This document shows, one piece after another, positions 56,305 to 64,000 of a DNA stretch of 64,000 nt (position 1 is the first letter of the stretch; each line of letters starts with the position of its first letter). The DNA lies in contig RXIG01000001.1 of the NCBI GenBank assembly GCA_004212155.1, positions 96,001-160,000 of the forward strand, read 5' to 3'. The position numbers and the translations under genes are program-made. Source of the stretch: an archaeon (GTDB taxonomy: Archaea; Methanobacteriota_B; Thermococci; Methanofastidiosales; NM3). A model generated the notes under the pieces. It saw only the letters and a program-made list of their open reading frames with translations. It was not told where the DNA came from and searched no databases.

Positions 56305-58327
56305 GGACACCAGCACGCGGTTCGAAGATGTCCCCGCCCCGCTTTAGTTCCTCGATGGCACGGACGATGAACTCCTTTCCGATGCCTGCCTCCTTTGCCG
56401 CCTTGACCACTTCCTCATACGGTGCTCCCTCGTCATAGTCCTGTTCGATCTTTTCGATAAGCTCATAGACCTGTATAATCTTTTGGCGCTGCGAGGTGGC
56501 CTTTCCAGTCATAAGGATATCAACGTCCATAGAGCCCGTTTCCTTGTCCATCATGATCTTTTCTATGACGCTTCGGTATAAGCTGATCGTGGCGTCAGCA
56601 TCTTCGGGCGTGACAACATTGGAGAGCCGCATGCGCGCTCTGGCCTCCGAAAGGCGGATCAATGCCTCGAGCTGTCGCGCCGTGATGGGGACCGCGCCAC
56701 CCTCTGCCCCCTGTTTGCGTATCGAGACGTAGAACTTGTGCAGTTTTTCCACTGTCTCCTTCATGAGCTCGGGATACACATTCCTCTTGGCATACGATAT
56801 GTACTTGACAAGGAACTCCGGCTCGAGGATGGGAGATATGTTTTCCTCGACACCGCTGTGGCTGTCGAGGATGTGTCGCGCGATGCGCGAGTCCTCCGCA
56901 TCGTTTGGCACGTCCTTGAGCACGAAGATGAGGTCGAATCGCGAGAGCAGAGAATGGGGAAGGTCGATCTGTTCGAGTTCGTTCTTATAGTTGTCGAATC
57001 TTCCAAGCTTCGGATTCGCAGCGGCAAGGATCGACGCCCTTGCATTAAGCGTCGCCACGATGCCCGCCTTGGCGATGCTGATCGTTTGCTGCTCCATCGC
57101 CTCGTGCACCGACGAACGGTCATCGGTGGTCATCTTGTCGATCTCATCGATACAGGCTATGCCCCCGTCGGCGAGCACGAGGGCACCTGCCTCTAGCGCC
57201 CAGCCGCCCGTTGTTTCATCCTTGACGACAGCCGCGGTAAGGCCGGCGCTTGACGTGCCCTTTCCTGAGGTGTAGACGCTACGCGGGGCGAGACGGGCGA
57301 CATATTGGAGGATCTGTGACTTGGCAACACCAGGATCACCGACGAGCAGCATATTGGAATCACCTCGCAATCTCGTGCCGTCGGGGAGCTCGCGCATCAC
57401 ACCTGCAAAGAGTTGGAGTGCTATTGCCTCCTTGACGTCGCTGAGGCCGTAGATAGAGGGGGATATGGACCCAACGACCTTCTGAACGATGTTCTCGTCC
57501 TGGGACAGCTCCCATATCCGCGCCTCGTCCTCATCGGTGATGAGCGTGTCGTCGACGTCCTTTTCGAGCACCTCGATGCAGTTCACCTCGATGTATTTGG
57601 AAAACGTTGTCTTCTTGACCTTGAACTGACTGTCCTGAACGGTCTTGAGGATGCCCGTGACGGTCACGCGTGAGCCTGCCTGGGCCATATCTACGATATC
57701 GTCGCGCAGCAGGCAGTTGATGTGCTGGGGCATGCGCCCTCCCTTGAGGGTCTCGGGACGCTCCTGCACCTTGATCAGCTGCCAGTCGATGAATCGCGAC
57801 TGATCTTCCAAAAGCTTGAAGGGACCTGACTTGCCGCATGCCGGATTGGGACATGCAGGGGGTTTCTTGAAGTTCGTCGAGTCCTGGCGTATGAAGATGA
57901 TCTCACCGCACCGTTCACATTCAAAGACCGCCTCTATGATCTCGGGCTTCACCTCGGAGGCCCGTCCTACGATGGCGATGATCTGTATGAGCTTGTGCAT
58001 ATCCTCCGTTCGTATCTGCCTGATCCCCTTATCGCGCGTGGCATCAAGATTGTGAAACCGTACATGAAGCGACTGGTCGGGAAACTCTGGCAAGGCCTCC
58101 TGGAGAACCTGTTCCGCGATGGGGATGACCTCAAGCGGCTTGTCGACCAGTTCGGTATAGATGTCCTGGTCATACGTTATGAGGTCGTCACAGTCGACGA
58201 CGAGGCTATGCGTGTCGTTCGCCCTCATATCCTCTATCTTCTTCTTGTACTTGGGAAACGATACGTCGGGATAAGTTTCGAAAAAATCCCTGAATCCGCT
58301 GATGATGGAATCGAAATCTACTGCCAT
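56279..58327 (-). CDS. mcm: MCM replicative helicase (no intein)
   Basis: CERCG..CPNPACG zinc finger; LVGDPGVAKSQ, GKGTSSAGLTA, IDEIDKM, EAMEQQ, LLSRFD and ITARQLE motifs. Confidence 0.97.
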   Translation of the reverse strand: MAVDFDSIISGFRDFFETYPDVSFPKYKKKIEDMRANDTHSLVVDCDDLITYDQDIYTELVDKPLEVIPIAEQVLQEALPEFPDQSLHVRFHNLDATRDKGIRQIRTEDMHKLIQIIAIVGRASEVKPEIIEAVFECERCGEIIFIRQDSTNFKKPPACPNPACGKSGPFKLLEDQSRFIDWQLIKVQERPETLKGGRMPQHINCLLRDDIVDMAQAGSRVTVTGILKTVQDSQFKVKKTTFSKYIEVNCIEVLEKDVDDTLITDEDEARIWELSQDENIVQKVVGSISPSIYGLSDVKEAIALQLFAGVMRELPDGTRLRGDSNMLLVGDPGVAKSQILQYVARLAPRSVYTSGKGTSSAGLTAAVVKDETTGGWALEAGALVLADGGIACIDEIDKMTTDDRSSVHEAMEQQTISIAKAGIVATLNARASILAAANPKLGRFDNYKNELEQIDLPHSLLSRFDLIFVLKDVPNDAEDSRIARHILDSHSGVEENISPILEPEFLVKYISYAKRNVYPELMKETVEKLHKFYVSIRKQGAEGGAVPITARQLEALIRLSEARARMRLSNVVTPEDADATISLYRSVIEKIMMDKETGSMDVDILMTGKATSQRQKIIQVYELIEKIEQDYDEGAPYEEVVKAAKEAGIGKEFIVRAIEELKRGGDIFEPRAGVLKTVKANF

Positions 58328-58770
58328 GCGTCTCCCTCGAACAATGAGCGCCCTATGTCTTCAACGAGCGATGAGAGCTTGACATAGAACTCAGCTTCCT
58401 TCGGTTGCATATACGCCTTGATGCTTTTAGGTTGATTGAGGTGTTTATGTATCTTTTCCAAGCGCACGTAAAGTAATTCCATGGTGGCCTGGCGCAGGCG
58501 TCCCTGCTCCTTTTCCTCCTTTTCTGTGGCGATCGAATGGGCAACGAGTTCATAGATGTTTGTTGGCAGTTCCTGCAGACCGGGTTGAGAACGTTCAGTC
58601 ATCACATATTTTCGCATCGCGGCGCTTGAAACACGGGGGATCTCGACCACTTCGTTGCGCTCGAGCACGTAGGCGATGTGCGGTGGCAATTCCTTCGTTT
58701 CGCCCTTCTTTATCACGACAGTGAGCAAGTCGGATTCGTACTGATATGTCTGCAGCCCCTTCACTTTCAT
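58318..58770 (-). CDS. GINS23-like subunit
   Basis: Beta-rich N-terminal B domain (KKGETKELP..IA..L), then ER..PGLQELP..Y and RLEKI; overlaps the mcm start (gins23-mcm operon). Confidence 0.7.
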   Translation of the reverse strand: MKVKGLQTYQYESDLLTVVIKKGETKELPPHIAYVLERNEVVEIPRVSSAAMRKYVMTERSQPGLQELPTNIYELVAHSIATEKEEKEQGRLRQATMELLYVRLEKIHKHLNQPKSIKAYMQPKEAEFYVKLSSLVEDIGRSLFEGDAWQ

Positions 58771-58861
58771 GTGCGGTACCCCGGGTTCATGCGTATGCTT
58801 GATGCATTAAAAAAATCTTCTCACATACCGACTGGTCCAGGTGTTCATAAAGATTGCTTCG

Positions 58862-58883
58862 ACCCCTTCATGTCCACTGGAAC
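58862..58883 (-). promoter_or_regulatory. ORB-like Orc1/Cdc6 binding box
   Basis: Minus strand GTTCCAGTGGACATGAAGGGGT: ORB core TTCCAGTGGA plus G-string, intergenic, upstream of gins-mcm. Confidence 0.6.
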
Positions 58884-58944
58884 TTTCTACTCATTTTTGT
58901 TAAATTACCCAAAAGCTTTTAACATCCGTGGGCATGGAGATACC

Positions 58945-59712
58945 ATGAAGCGCAACTCTCAAGAGATTGCCGTGATCGGACTCTTTATAGCACTTATCGC
59001 CGTTTTGCAGGTGTCCCCCCTCTACGTGCCTACGGCATGGGGAATGCGCATCGATATCGTCGCCGTGCCGGTGCTTGTGGCATTCTTCCTGTATGGCCTG
59101 CGCACAGCTCTTGCGGTCTCTGCCGGCATGTTCGTAGTGCTCTCCATCGTTGCTGCCGAATCGGTTATCGGCGCTTCGATGAAGTGGATAGCGACAGTAC
59201 CCATGGTAATCACTCCTGCAATCCTCAGATTGCAGGTAAGCAAGGAAAGCCTTCGAAACGACATAGGCACCATCGTAGGGGCCGTGATTAGCATCGTTGC
59301 ACTCATTGCACTCGTTGGCATCATGTACGAGATGGCGGGCTCCGAATCCCGGGAGCTGTATTCACCCTTCATCGTGCTCATCGCTTCCGCCGCGTTCTAT
59401 GGTGCTTTCTACATCGTCAGTCAGCGTCATGAACCACAAAGCCTCGGCATTTACAAGGAACCAAAGATGATTGCCACTGTGCTCATCCTCGCTGTCCTCG
59501 TACGGGGGATAACGACCACCGTTATCAACTATTACTTCACGCTACCCGTATTCTTCGACATACCCACGGCGGCGGCGCTCGAATGGGTACCGTGGTATGT
59601 GATGTTTGGCCTCAATGCCATACAGGGTGCGCTTGAGGTCACCGTTGCATGGCTGCTCGTGTTCAAGACGAAGGCATTTTCGTACGTGCAAAAAGCTTAT
59701 ATACAATCGTAA
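58945..59712 (+). CDS. ECF transporter S component (with extra TM insertion)
   Basis: IAVIGLFIAL, IDIVAVPVLVAFFLYG, IGASMK, N.YF.LP and FNAIQG-like motifs; ATG 58945 after GGAGA. Confidence 0.78.
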   Translation: MKRNSQEIAVIGLFIALIAVLQVSPLYVPTAWGMRIDIVAVPVLVAFFLYGLRTALAVSAGMFVVLSIVAAESVIGASMKWIATVPMVITPAILRLQVSKESLRNDIGTIVGAVISIVALIALVGIMYEMAGSESRELYSPFIVLIASAAFYGAFYIVSQRHEPQSLGIYKEPKMIATVLILAVLVRGITTTVINYYFTLPVFFDIPTAAALEWVPWYVMFGLNAIQGALEVTVAWLLVFKTKAFSYVQKAYIQS

Positions 59713-59724
59713 GCAGTGGGGCGT

Positions 59725-60306
59725 ATGGTACAGGCCGCGGTGCTCCTAAAGCTCGTGGACGCGAAATCACGCCTCGCTCCTTTTCTTTCCCTTGCTCAGC
59801 GCCAGACCATGGTATTGTACATGCTCTCGCATGTGCTCAACGTTCTTGAGGACGTGCCCACAATGATCCTTACACGATCGTTTTGCGCATTGGGTACGCG
59901 TAGCGACGAGGAAAACATCAACGAATGTATCGACATGGTGCGACGGTCGATCGATGACGACCTGGTCGTTGTCACGAGCGATCTGCCTTTTTTTAACAAA
60001 GAAGCGCTTCAGGCGCTTACAAGCGAACCTGAAACGCTGGCGATAGGACCCTCCCACAACGGTGGCACGAGTGGTCTTTTCATCCCTCGTTCGATCGATT
60101 TCTCGCCGCGTTTTGGAAGGGGGAGCCTCGAGCGGCATCGACAGCAGTCTGTGGAGAAAGGGCATACCATGCGTTTGGTCGATATGCCCGCATTCAGGGA
60201 TGTCGATACATGGGAGGATGTGGAATGGATATTTGAAAACGCACCTTCATCGGCCATAGGACGATTTTTGTCCGGATTGGCCAAGCGCCCTATAACTGCC
60301 TTTTGA
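59725..60306 (+). CDS. cofC: 2-phospho-L-lactate/PEP guanylyltransferase
   Basis: K....AKSRLAP.L...QR, SDLP, GGTSGL, FGRGSL.RH and DVDT.ED motifs. Confidence 0.85.
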   Translation: MVQAAVLLKLVDAKSRLAPFLSLAQRQTMVLYMLSHVLNVLEDVPTMILTRSFCALGTRSDEENINECIDMVRRSIDDDLVVVTSDLPFFNKEALQALTSEPETLAIGPSHNGGTSGLFIPRSIDFSPRFGRGSLERHRQQSVEKGHTMRLVDMPAFRDVDTWEDVEWIFENAPSSAIGRFLSGLAKRPITAF

Positions 60307-60934
60307 CAGACATTATCTCGAGGATGCTTGCGCTGTCCTCCATTCGGTCAGAGATGCTGGCGACATTGAGCACGAAGTCGCGCAGCCATAGTTTTTCTGC
60401 AAGGTGCAGGTCACTGTTTTCAAAGATCGTCTTCCTGAGCTTGTACTCGATCTTGTCAACGACATGCTCCTTTCGCTCCACTTCCTGCGTTTCCTTGATC
60501 GTCATCTCCCTGTCGGTTCGGAAATAGACGATCGCCTTCTTGAGATTCTCGAAGGGGGATATGGTGTTCTCGACAAGCTCGGTGAATCCTGATGACATCG
60601 ACGAAGGTATGTGGGGATGCTCGAGCACGAGCGTGTTGATGTTGAACTTGGCCTTGTCGGCTATGTCGTCATACGTATAGCTGAACGTATAGATGTCATC
60701 CCTGTAGAGGGGCATGAAAGCACCCTCGTAGAGCTTCATCTGCACGGCCCGCTTCTTCTCGTCGGCGATGTGCTCATCATGCATGATCTCATCGCGTATG
60801 GACTCGCACTGGCATATGTCGTCGCTTAGGTACGAATCCATGCCCCTCTTGAAACCTCGGAGACACTTTTCGATGTGGACCGTATGTTCATCGATGATCG
60901 AGGAGACTTCCTTCTCCTTCTTTCCAAAAATCAT
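60290..60934 (-). CDS. DUF47/TIGR00153 PhoU-like protein
   Basis: EHIADE.KR, LYEGAFMP..R.D, EH.VD and I.DR.ED motifs. Confidence 0.85.
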   Translation of the reverse strand: MIFGKKEKEVSSIIDEHTVHIEKCLRGFKRGMDSYLSDDICQCESIRDEIMHDEHIADEKKRAVQMKLYEGAFMPLYRDDIYTFSYTYDDIADKAKFNINTLVLEHPHIPSSMSSGFTELVENTISPFENLKKAIVYFRTDREMTIKETQEVERKEHVVDKIEYKLRKTIFENSDLHLAEKLWLRDFVLNVASISDRMEDSASILEIMSVKRQL

Positions 60935-61066
60935 TGAATATAGATTCTTGTGAAAAAATATATACTTTTCCATGACGGGCCGTGTGCGAACACACATGTC
61001 GTGCACTAATTGATGGCACGTTCATATACGGTAAGCTTTTTATCTGTCCGATAAAATGAGTATGCA

Positions 61067-61360
61067 ATGGACAAGGAACGGGAAGTAGCAAGCATCTTCA
61101 AAGCCCTTTCAGACGAGAATCGGGTGAAGATTGTGGAATTCCTGCGAGAAGGGGAGCGGTGTGTTTGCGAGATCGTGCCCTTCATCGGCACTTCCCAATC
61201 CAATGTTTCTCAACATCTTCGCGTGCTGCGTGAGGCGGGCGTCATCGATTACCGCCGCGACGGAAAGAAGATCATGTACTTCGTTGTTTTCAAAGATGTC
61301 TTTGATATCCTCGACACTGTCTATGCAACGACCACGCAGATGATGAACGCTTCCGAATGA
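61067..61360 (+). CDS. arsR: ArsR/SmtB transcriptional regulator
   Basis: FKALSDENRVKI, ERCVCEI and SQSNVSQHLRVLREAG motifs. Confidence 0.92.
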   Translation: MDKEREVASIFKALSDENRVKIVEFLREGERCVCEIVPFIGTSQSNVSQHLRVLREAGVIDYRRDGKKIMYFVVFKDVFDILDTVYATTTQMMNASE

Positions 61361-61416
61361 GCTAACTCTCTTGTGCATACCCTCCATACCAAAAGTTTTT
61401 TAAGCTAAATATAATC

Positions 61417-61436
61417 ATATTAGTAATTACTTATAT
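61417..61436. promoter_or_regulatory. Palindromic operator upstream of the permease
   Basis: ATATTAGTAATTACTTATAT, 16/20 identical to 52098-52117. Confidence 0.6.
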
Positions 61437-61450
61437 TTAGAGGGTTCAAC

Positions 61451-62494
61451 ATGGGGTACATAGAGCGTGCATTGGAATCTGGCATATCCGAACTCATCGA
61501 ATATCTCTCGGCACATACGCTGACATGCCTCGTGCCAGCGTTTTTCATCGCAGGCGCCATAGCGGTGTTCATATCAAAACAGGCCGTCGTCAAGTACTTT
61601 GGGTGCAATACGAAACGCTACATCTCCTATGGTGTGGCATCGATCTCCGGCGTAATCCTGGCTGCCTGTTCCTGCACCGTGATTCCTCTCTTTGCGGGTA
61701 TATGGAGGCGCGGTGCTGGCATTGGCCCGGCCAGTACGTTCCTCTATGCGGGTCCGGCCATAAACATACTTGCCATTTCCCTCACGGCCAAGGTGCTTGG
61801 ATTCGAGATAGGCCTTGCACGCGCCGTGGCAGCGATCATCATGGGCATCATGATAGGCCTCATCATGGAGTTTATCTTCGAGAGGCATAAGGGGGAACCC
61901 GAACAAACCCCCTCGGTAGCATGCGACATAGCCGAGGGCATCACTGGTAAGCGTTCAGTATACCTCTTCATAGTTCTCGTGCTCATACTCCTTGTCGGCA
62001 CTGCTGCTATTGGGACCTATGTCAAGGTGGCCGCAGTTCTGGCATTGGTGGCCGTCGTAGGCTGGATGACATATGCATGGCTGTCTCGTGAGGAGGCACG
62101 ATCGTGGGGCGAGGAGACATTCTCGCTTTTCAGGATGATATTCCCATTGCTTTTGATCGGCGTGTTCGCCGCCGGTCTGATAAAAGAGTTCCTCCCCCCT
62201 GCGTACGTAGCACAATATGTGGGATCGAACTCGATAGTGGCCAATCTCATCGCGTCCGTGGCCGGCGCGTTCATGTACTTTGCGACCCTTACCGAGGTGC
62301 CCATCATCGAGTCGCTGACAAGCCTTGGCATGCACAAGGGCCCTGAACTTGCCCTGTTGCTTGCAGGTCCGGCGTTGTCGTTGCCGAACATGCTCGCCAT
62401 CCGTCAGGTCATGGGCACGAAAAAGACAGTCACGTATATCGTCCTCGTCATCGTGTTCGCCACCATGTCGGGCATCATCTACGGGATGCTGTAG
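61451..62494 (+). CDS. ArsP/DUF318 permease
   Basis: HTLTCLVPAFFIAGAI, ACSCTVIPLF, AGPAIN, MYFATLTEVPI and LLAGPALSLP motifs. Confidence 0.9.
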   Translation: MGYIERALESGISELIEYLSAHTLTCLVPAFFIAGAIAVFISKQAVVKYFGCNTKRYISYGVASISGVILAACSCTVIPLFAGIWRRGAGIGPASTFLYAGPAINILAISLTAKVLGFEIGLARAVAAIIMGIMIGLIMEFIFERHKGEPEQTPSVACDIAEGITGKRSVYLFIVLVLILLVGTAAIGTYVKVAAVLALVAVVGWMTYAWLSREEARSWGEETFSLFRMIFPLLLIGVFAAGLIKEFLPPAYVAQYVGSNSIVANLIASVAGAFMYFATLTEVPIIESLTSLGMHKGPELALLLAGPALSLPNMLAIRQVMGTKKTVTYIVLVIVFATMSGIIYGML

Positions 62495-62558
62495 AGAAAC
62501 ATATAAGTACATTATCTTATACGTATATATTAATACTTGAAAACTGGAGGAAGATCAG

Positions 62559-62819
62559 ATGGTCAAGATGGAGTTTTTCACTGCAGAACCACCTTGCGCG
62601 GGGTGCGTGGCCCTGCTCGAGCTCGCGGACAGGGTGGCAGAAGAGTACCCCGAAGTGGAGGTCGTCAAGAATGTGGGTATGTGCGACGAGTTCAGAAAAT
62701 ATGAGATCACCTACGTACCGGCATTGATCATAGAGGGCGGAAAGATCGCCTTCATGGGACTTTGCCCTAGCTACGACACGCTCGTCGCTGCACTGGCGGA
62801 GATGGGGGTGAAGCGATGA
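62559..62819 (+). CDS. Small thioredoxin-like protein (CAGC)
   Basis: EPPCAGC, YVPALII and GLCP motifs; GGAGG SD. Confidence 0.85.
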   Translation: MVKMEFFTAEPPCAGCVALLELADRVAEEYPEVEVVKNVGMCDEFRKYEITYVPALIIEGGKIAFMGLCPSYDTLVAALAEMGVKR

Positions 62820-63070
62820 TCAAGGTGGAGGTGTTCGCGTCGGAACCACCCTGTTCGGGAGGGAGATTGCTTCTCAAACTCATAGACAGGGTTCGGTCGG
62901 ACTTTGAGGACAAGGCCGAGTTCATCGTCCACAAGGGCGTCAACGATGCGACCGAAGCATACGGTCTTGCGACGACGCCGGCCATCATCATCGATGGCGA
63001 CATTCGGATCATTGGTGTTTGCCCAAGCGAGGAAACGTTACGAAATGCCTTTTTCGAGGCAGGATTGTGA
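62816..63070 (+). CDS. Small thioredoxin-like protein (CSGG)
   Basis: EPPCSGG, YG..TTPAIIIDG and GVCP motifs. Confidence 0.82.
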   Translation: MIKVEVFASEPPCSGGRLLLKLIDRVRSDFEDKAEFIVHKGVNDATEAYGLATTPAIIIDGDIRIIGVCPSEETLRNAFFEAGL

Positions 63071-63074
63071 TAAC

Positions 63075-63323
63075 ATGGTAGAGGAAATTATGGTATTTGG
63101 ACCAGAACCAGCATGTGTGAAATGCAAGAAAACGACCGAGGTCGCACAACAGGTGGCAGGTATGCTCGGCATCAACATGGCCAAGTATGACGTGCTATCA
63201 GAGGAAGCGGACAAGTATGGCATCATGCTCTCACCGGCCGTTGTATTCAAGGGGGAGGTGTTGGTATCCGGAAAGGTGCCCACCTTCGACTCCCTGAAGG
63301 AAATGGTCGAAAAGCGGATGTGA
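63075..63323 (+). CDS. MTH895/ArsE-like small redox-active disulfide protein
   Basis: I.VFGP..ACVKC, KYGIMLSPAVV and GKVP motifs; ATG 63075. Confidence 0.85.
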   Translation: MVEEIMVFGPEPACVKCKKTTEVAQQVAGMLGINMAKYDVLSEEADKYGIMLSPAVVFKGEVLVSGKVPTFDSLKEMVEKRM

Positions 63324-63796
63324 ATGCCATCATGGCCATCAAAGGTGGAGGGAAGACCGTTTACATCTATGCGATGTGTATGTTAATCTTCCTTCCATTC
63401 ATGGCACAATGCATCACCGGCGATGGGGATGGCAGCGTTCCCGTCACGGCTGACCCATCGTTGAACGAGGTGCATGTGACATACTTCCATGAAACAAAGC
63501 GCTGTGAAGCCTGCATCCACATGGAAACATGGAGCTACCTCGTGCTCCAGACATACTTCGAGGGCGATGACATTCGCTTCTTTTCCTACAACATCGAGGA
63601 ACCTTCCTCATCCGATGCTGTCGAGTTGTATGATGCGTATTACACAAGCCTTTATGTAGACAGCATCTATGATGGCGCCCATCATATTGAGGAGTTCTCC
63701 GACTGTTGGCTGCTCTCGGGTGACAAGGAGGCGTTCATGTCGTCGTTTAAAGATTTTGTGCAACGGCATATTGACAATATGGAGAGATCATCATGA
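63320..63796 (+). CDS. ArsF-family-like periplasmic thioredoxin-fold protein
   Basis: Signal/lipobox-like segment; V.YFH..KRC..C..ME and W.L..DK..F motifs. Confidence 0.75.
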   Translation: MNAIMAIKGGGKTVYIYAMCMLIFLPFMAQCITGDGDGSVPVTADPSLNEVHVTYFHETKRCEACIHMETWSYLVLQTYFEGDDIRFFSYNIEEPSSSDAVELYDAYYTSLYVDSIYDGAHHIEEFSDCWLLSGDKEAFMSSFKDFVQRHIDNMERSS

Positions 63797-64000
63797 CACA
63801 ACGAGGAGGCATACCGAGGGAAAACGGCAATCGAATGGTAAATACGCATAAAAGCACCGATATGAAACGTACCGGCCAACACAAAAGAGGGGAGCATGGG
63901 AACAATTCGCGTGGCGGGGCCATGCTGCTTGTTGCGATCATCGCGCTGCTGATTATCGGCGCTGGATTCATCTTTGCTTTCGATACGTTTTCAGGCGATG
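63793..64000 (+). CDS. Partial CDS with TM segment (runs off window)
   Basis: ATG overlapping the previous stop (ATGA) after GGAGA; open to the window end; MLLVAIIALLIIGAGFIFAF. Confidence 0.55.
   Translation, partial: MTQRGGIPRENGNRMVNTHKSTDMKRTGQHKRGEHGNNSRGGAMLLVAIIALLIIGAGFIFAFDTFSGD

Noticed and set aside
58678-58944. N-terminal extension on the ECF S component
   Set aside because: It runs antisense over gins and through promoter/ORB DNA; there is a TATA and SD before ATG 58945.

Overview
Archaeal chromosomal window. Evidence: TATA/BRE promoters, lsm-rpl37e, gins23-mcm, fni-RNase J, nep1, rnp4, trm11, archaeal tRNAs and F420 genes. The gene mix (DUF2666, EMC6-like, gins23-mcm) resembles Thermococci/Methanofastidiosa-related euryarchaeotes; this is an inference, not a database result. 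Most of the window is housekeeping: translation and RNA modification, replication, a complete his operon, and riboflavin/FO/F420 genes. Several enzymes are of the bacterial type (type II pantothenate kinase, MetK, RibA, RibD). The most notable signals lie outside the ORF track. (i) A canonical box C/D guide RNA at 11310-11371(-) has a D guide predicting 2'-O-methylation of C34 of a CAU-anticodon tRNA, like sR-tMet. (ii) An ORB-like Orc1/Cdc6 box lies just upstream of gins-mcm. (iii) An internally deleted IS200/IS605 element keeps both ends and supplies the trkH stop codon. (iv) Two His-containing micro-ORFs lie in the his leader. (v) A palindromic operator is shared by two ArsR/redox clusters. 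At the protein level the best candidates for new systems are a translationally coupled OPT transporter-type II PanK-M29 peptidase operon (possible CoA-precursor salvage) and an RNase P Rpp21 fused to a lipoate-ligase C-terminal domain. Product calls come from motif recognition by eye.
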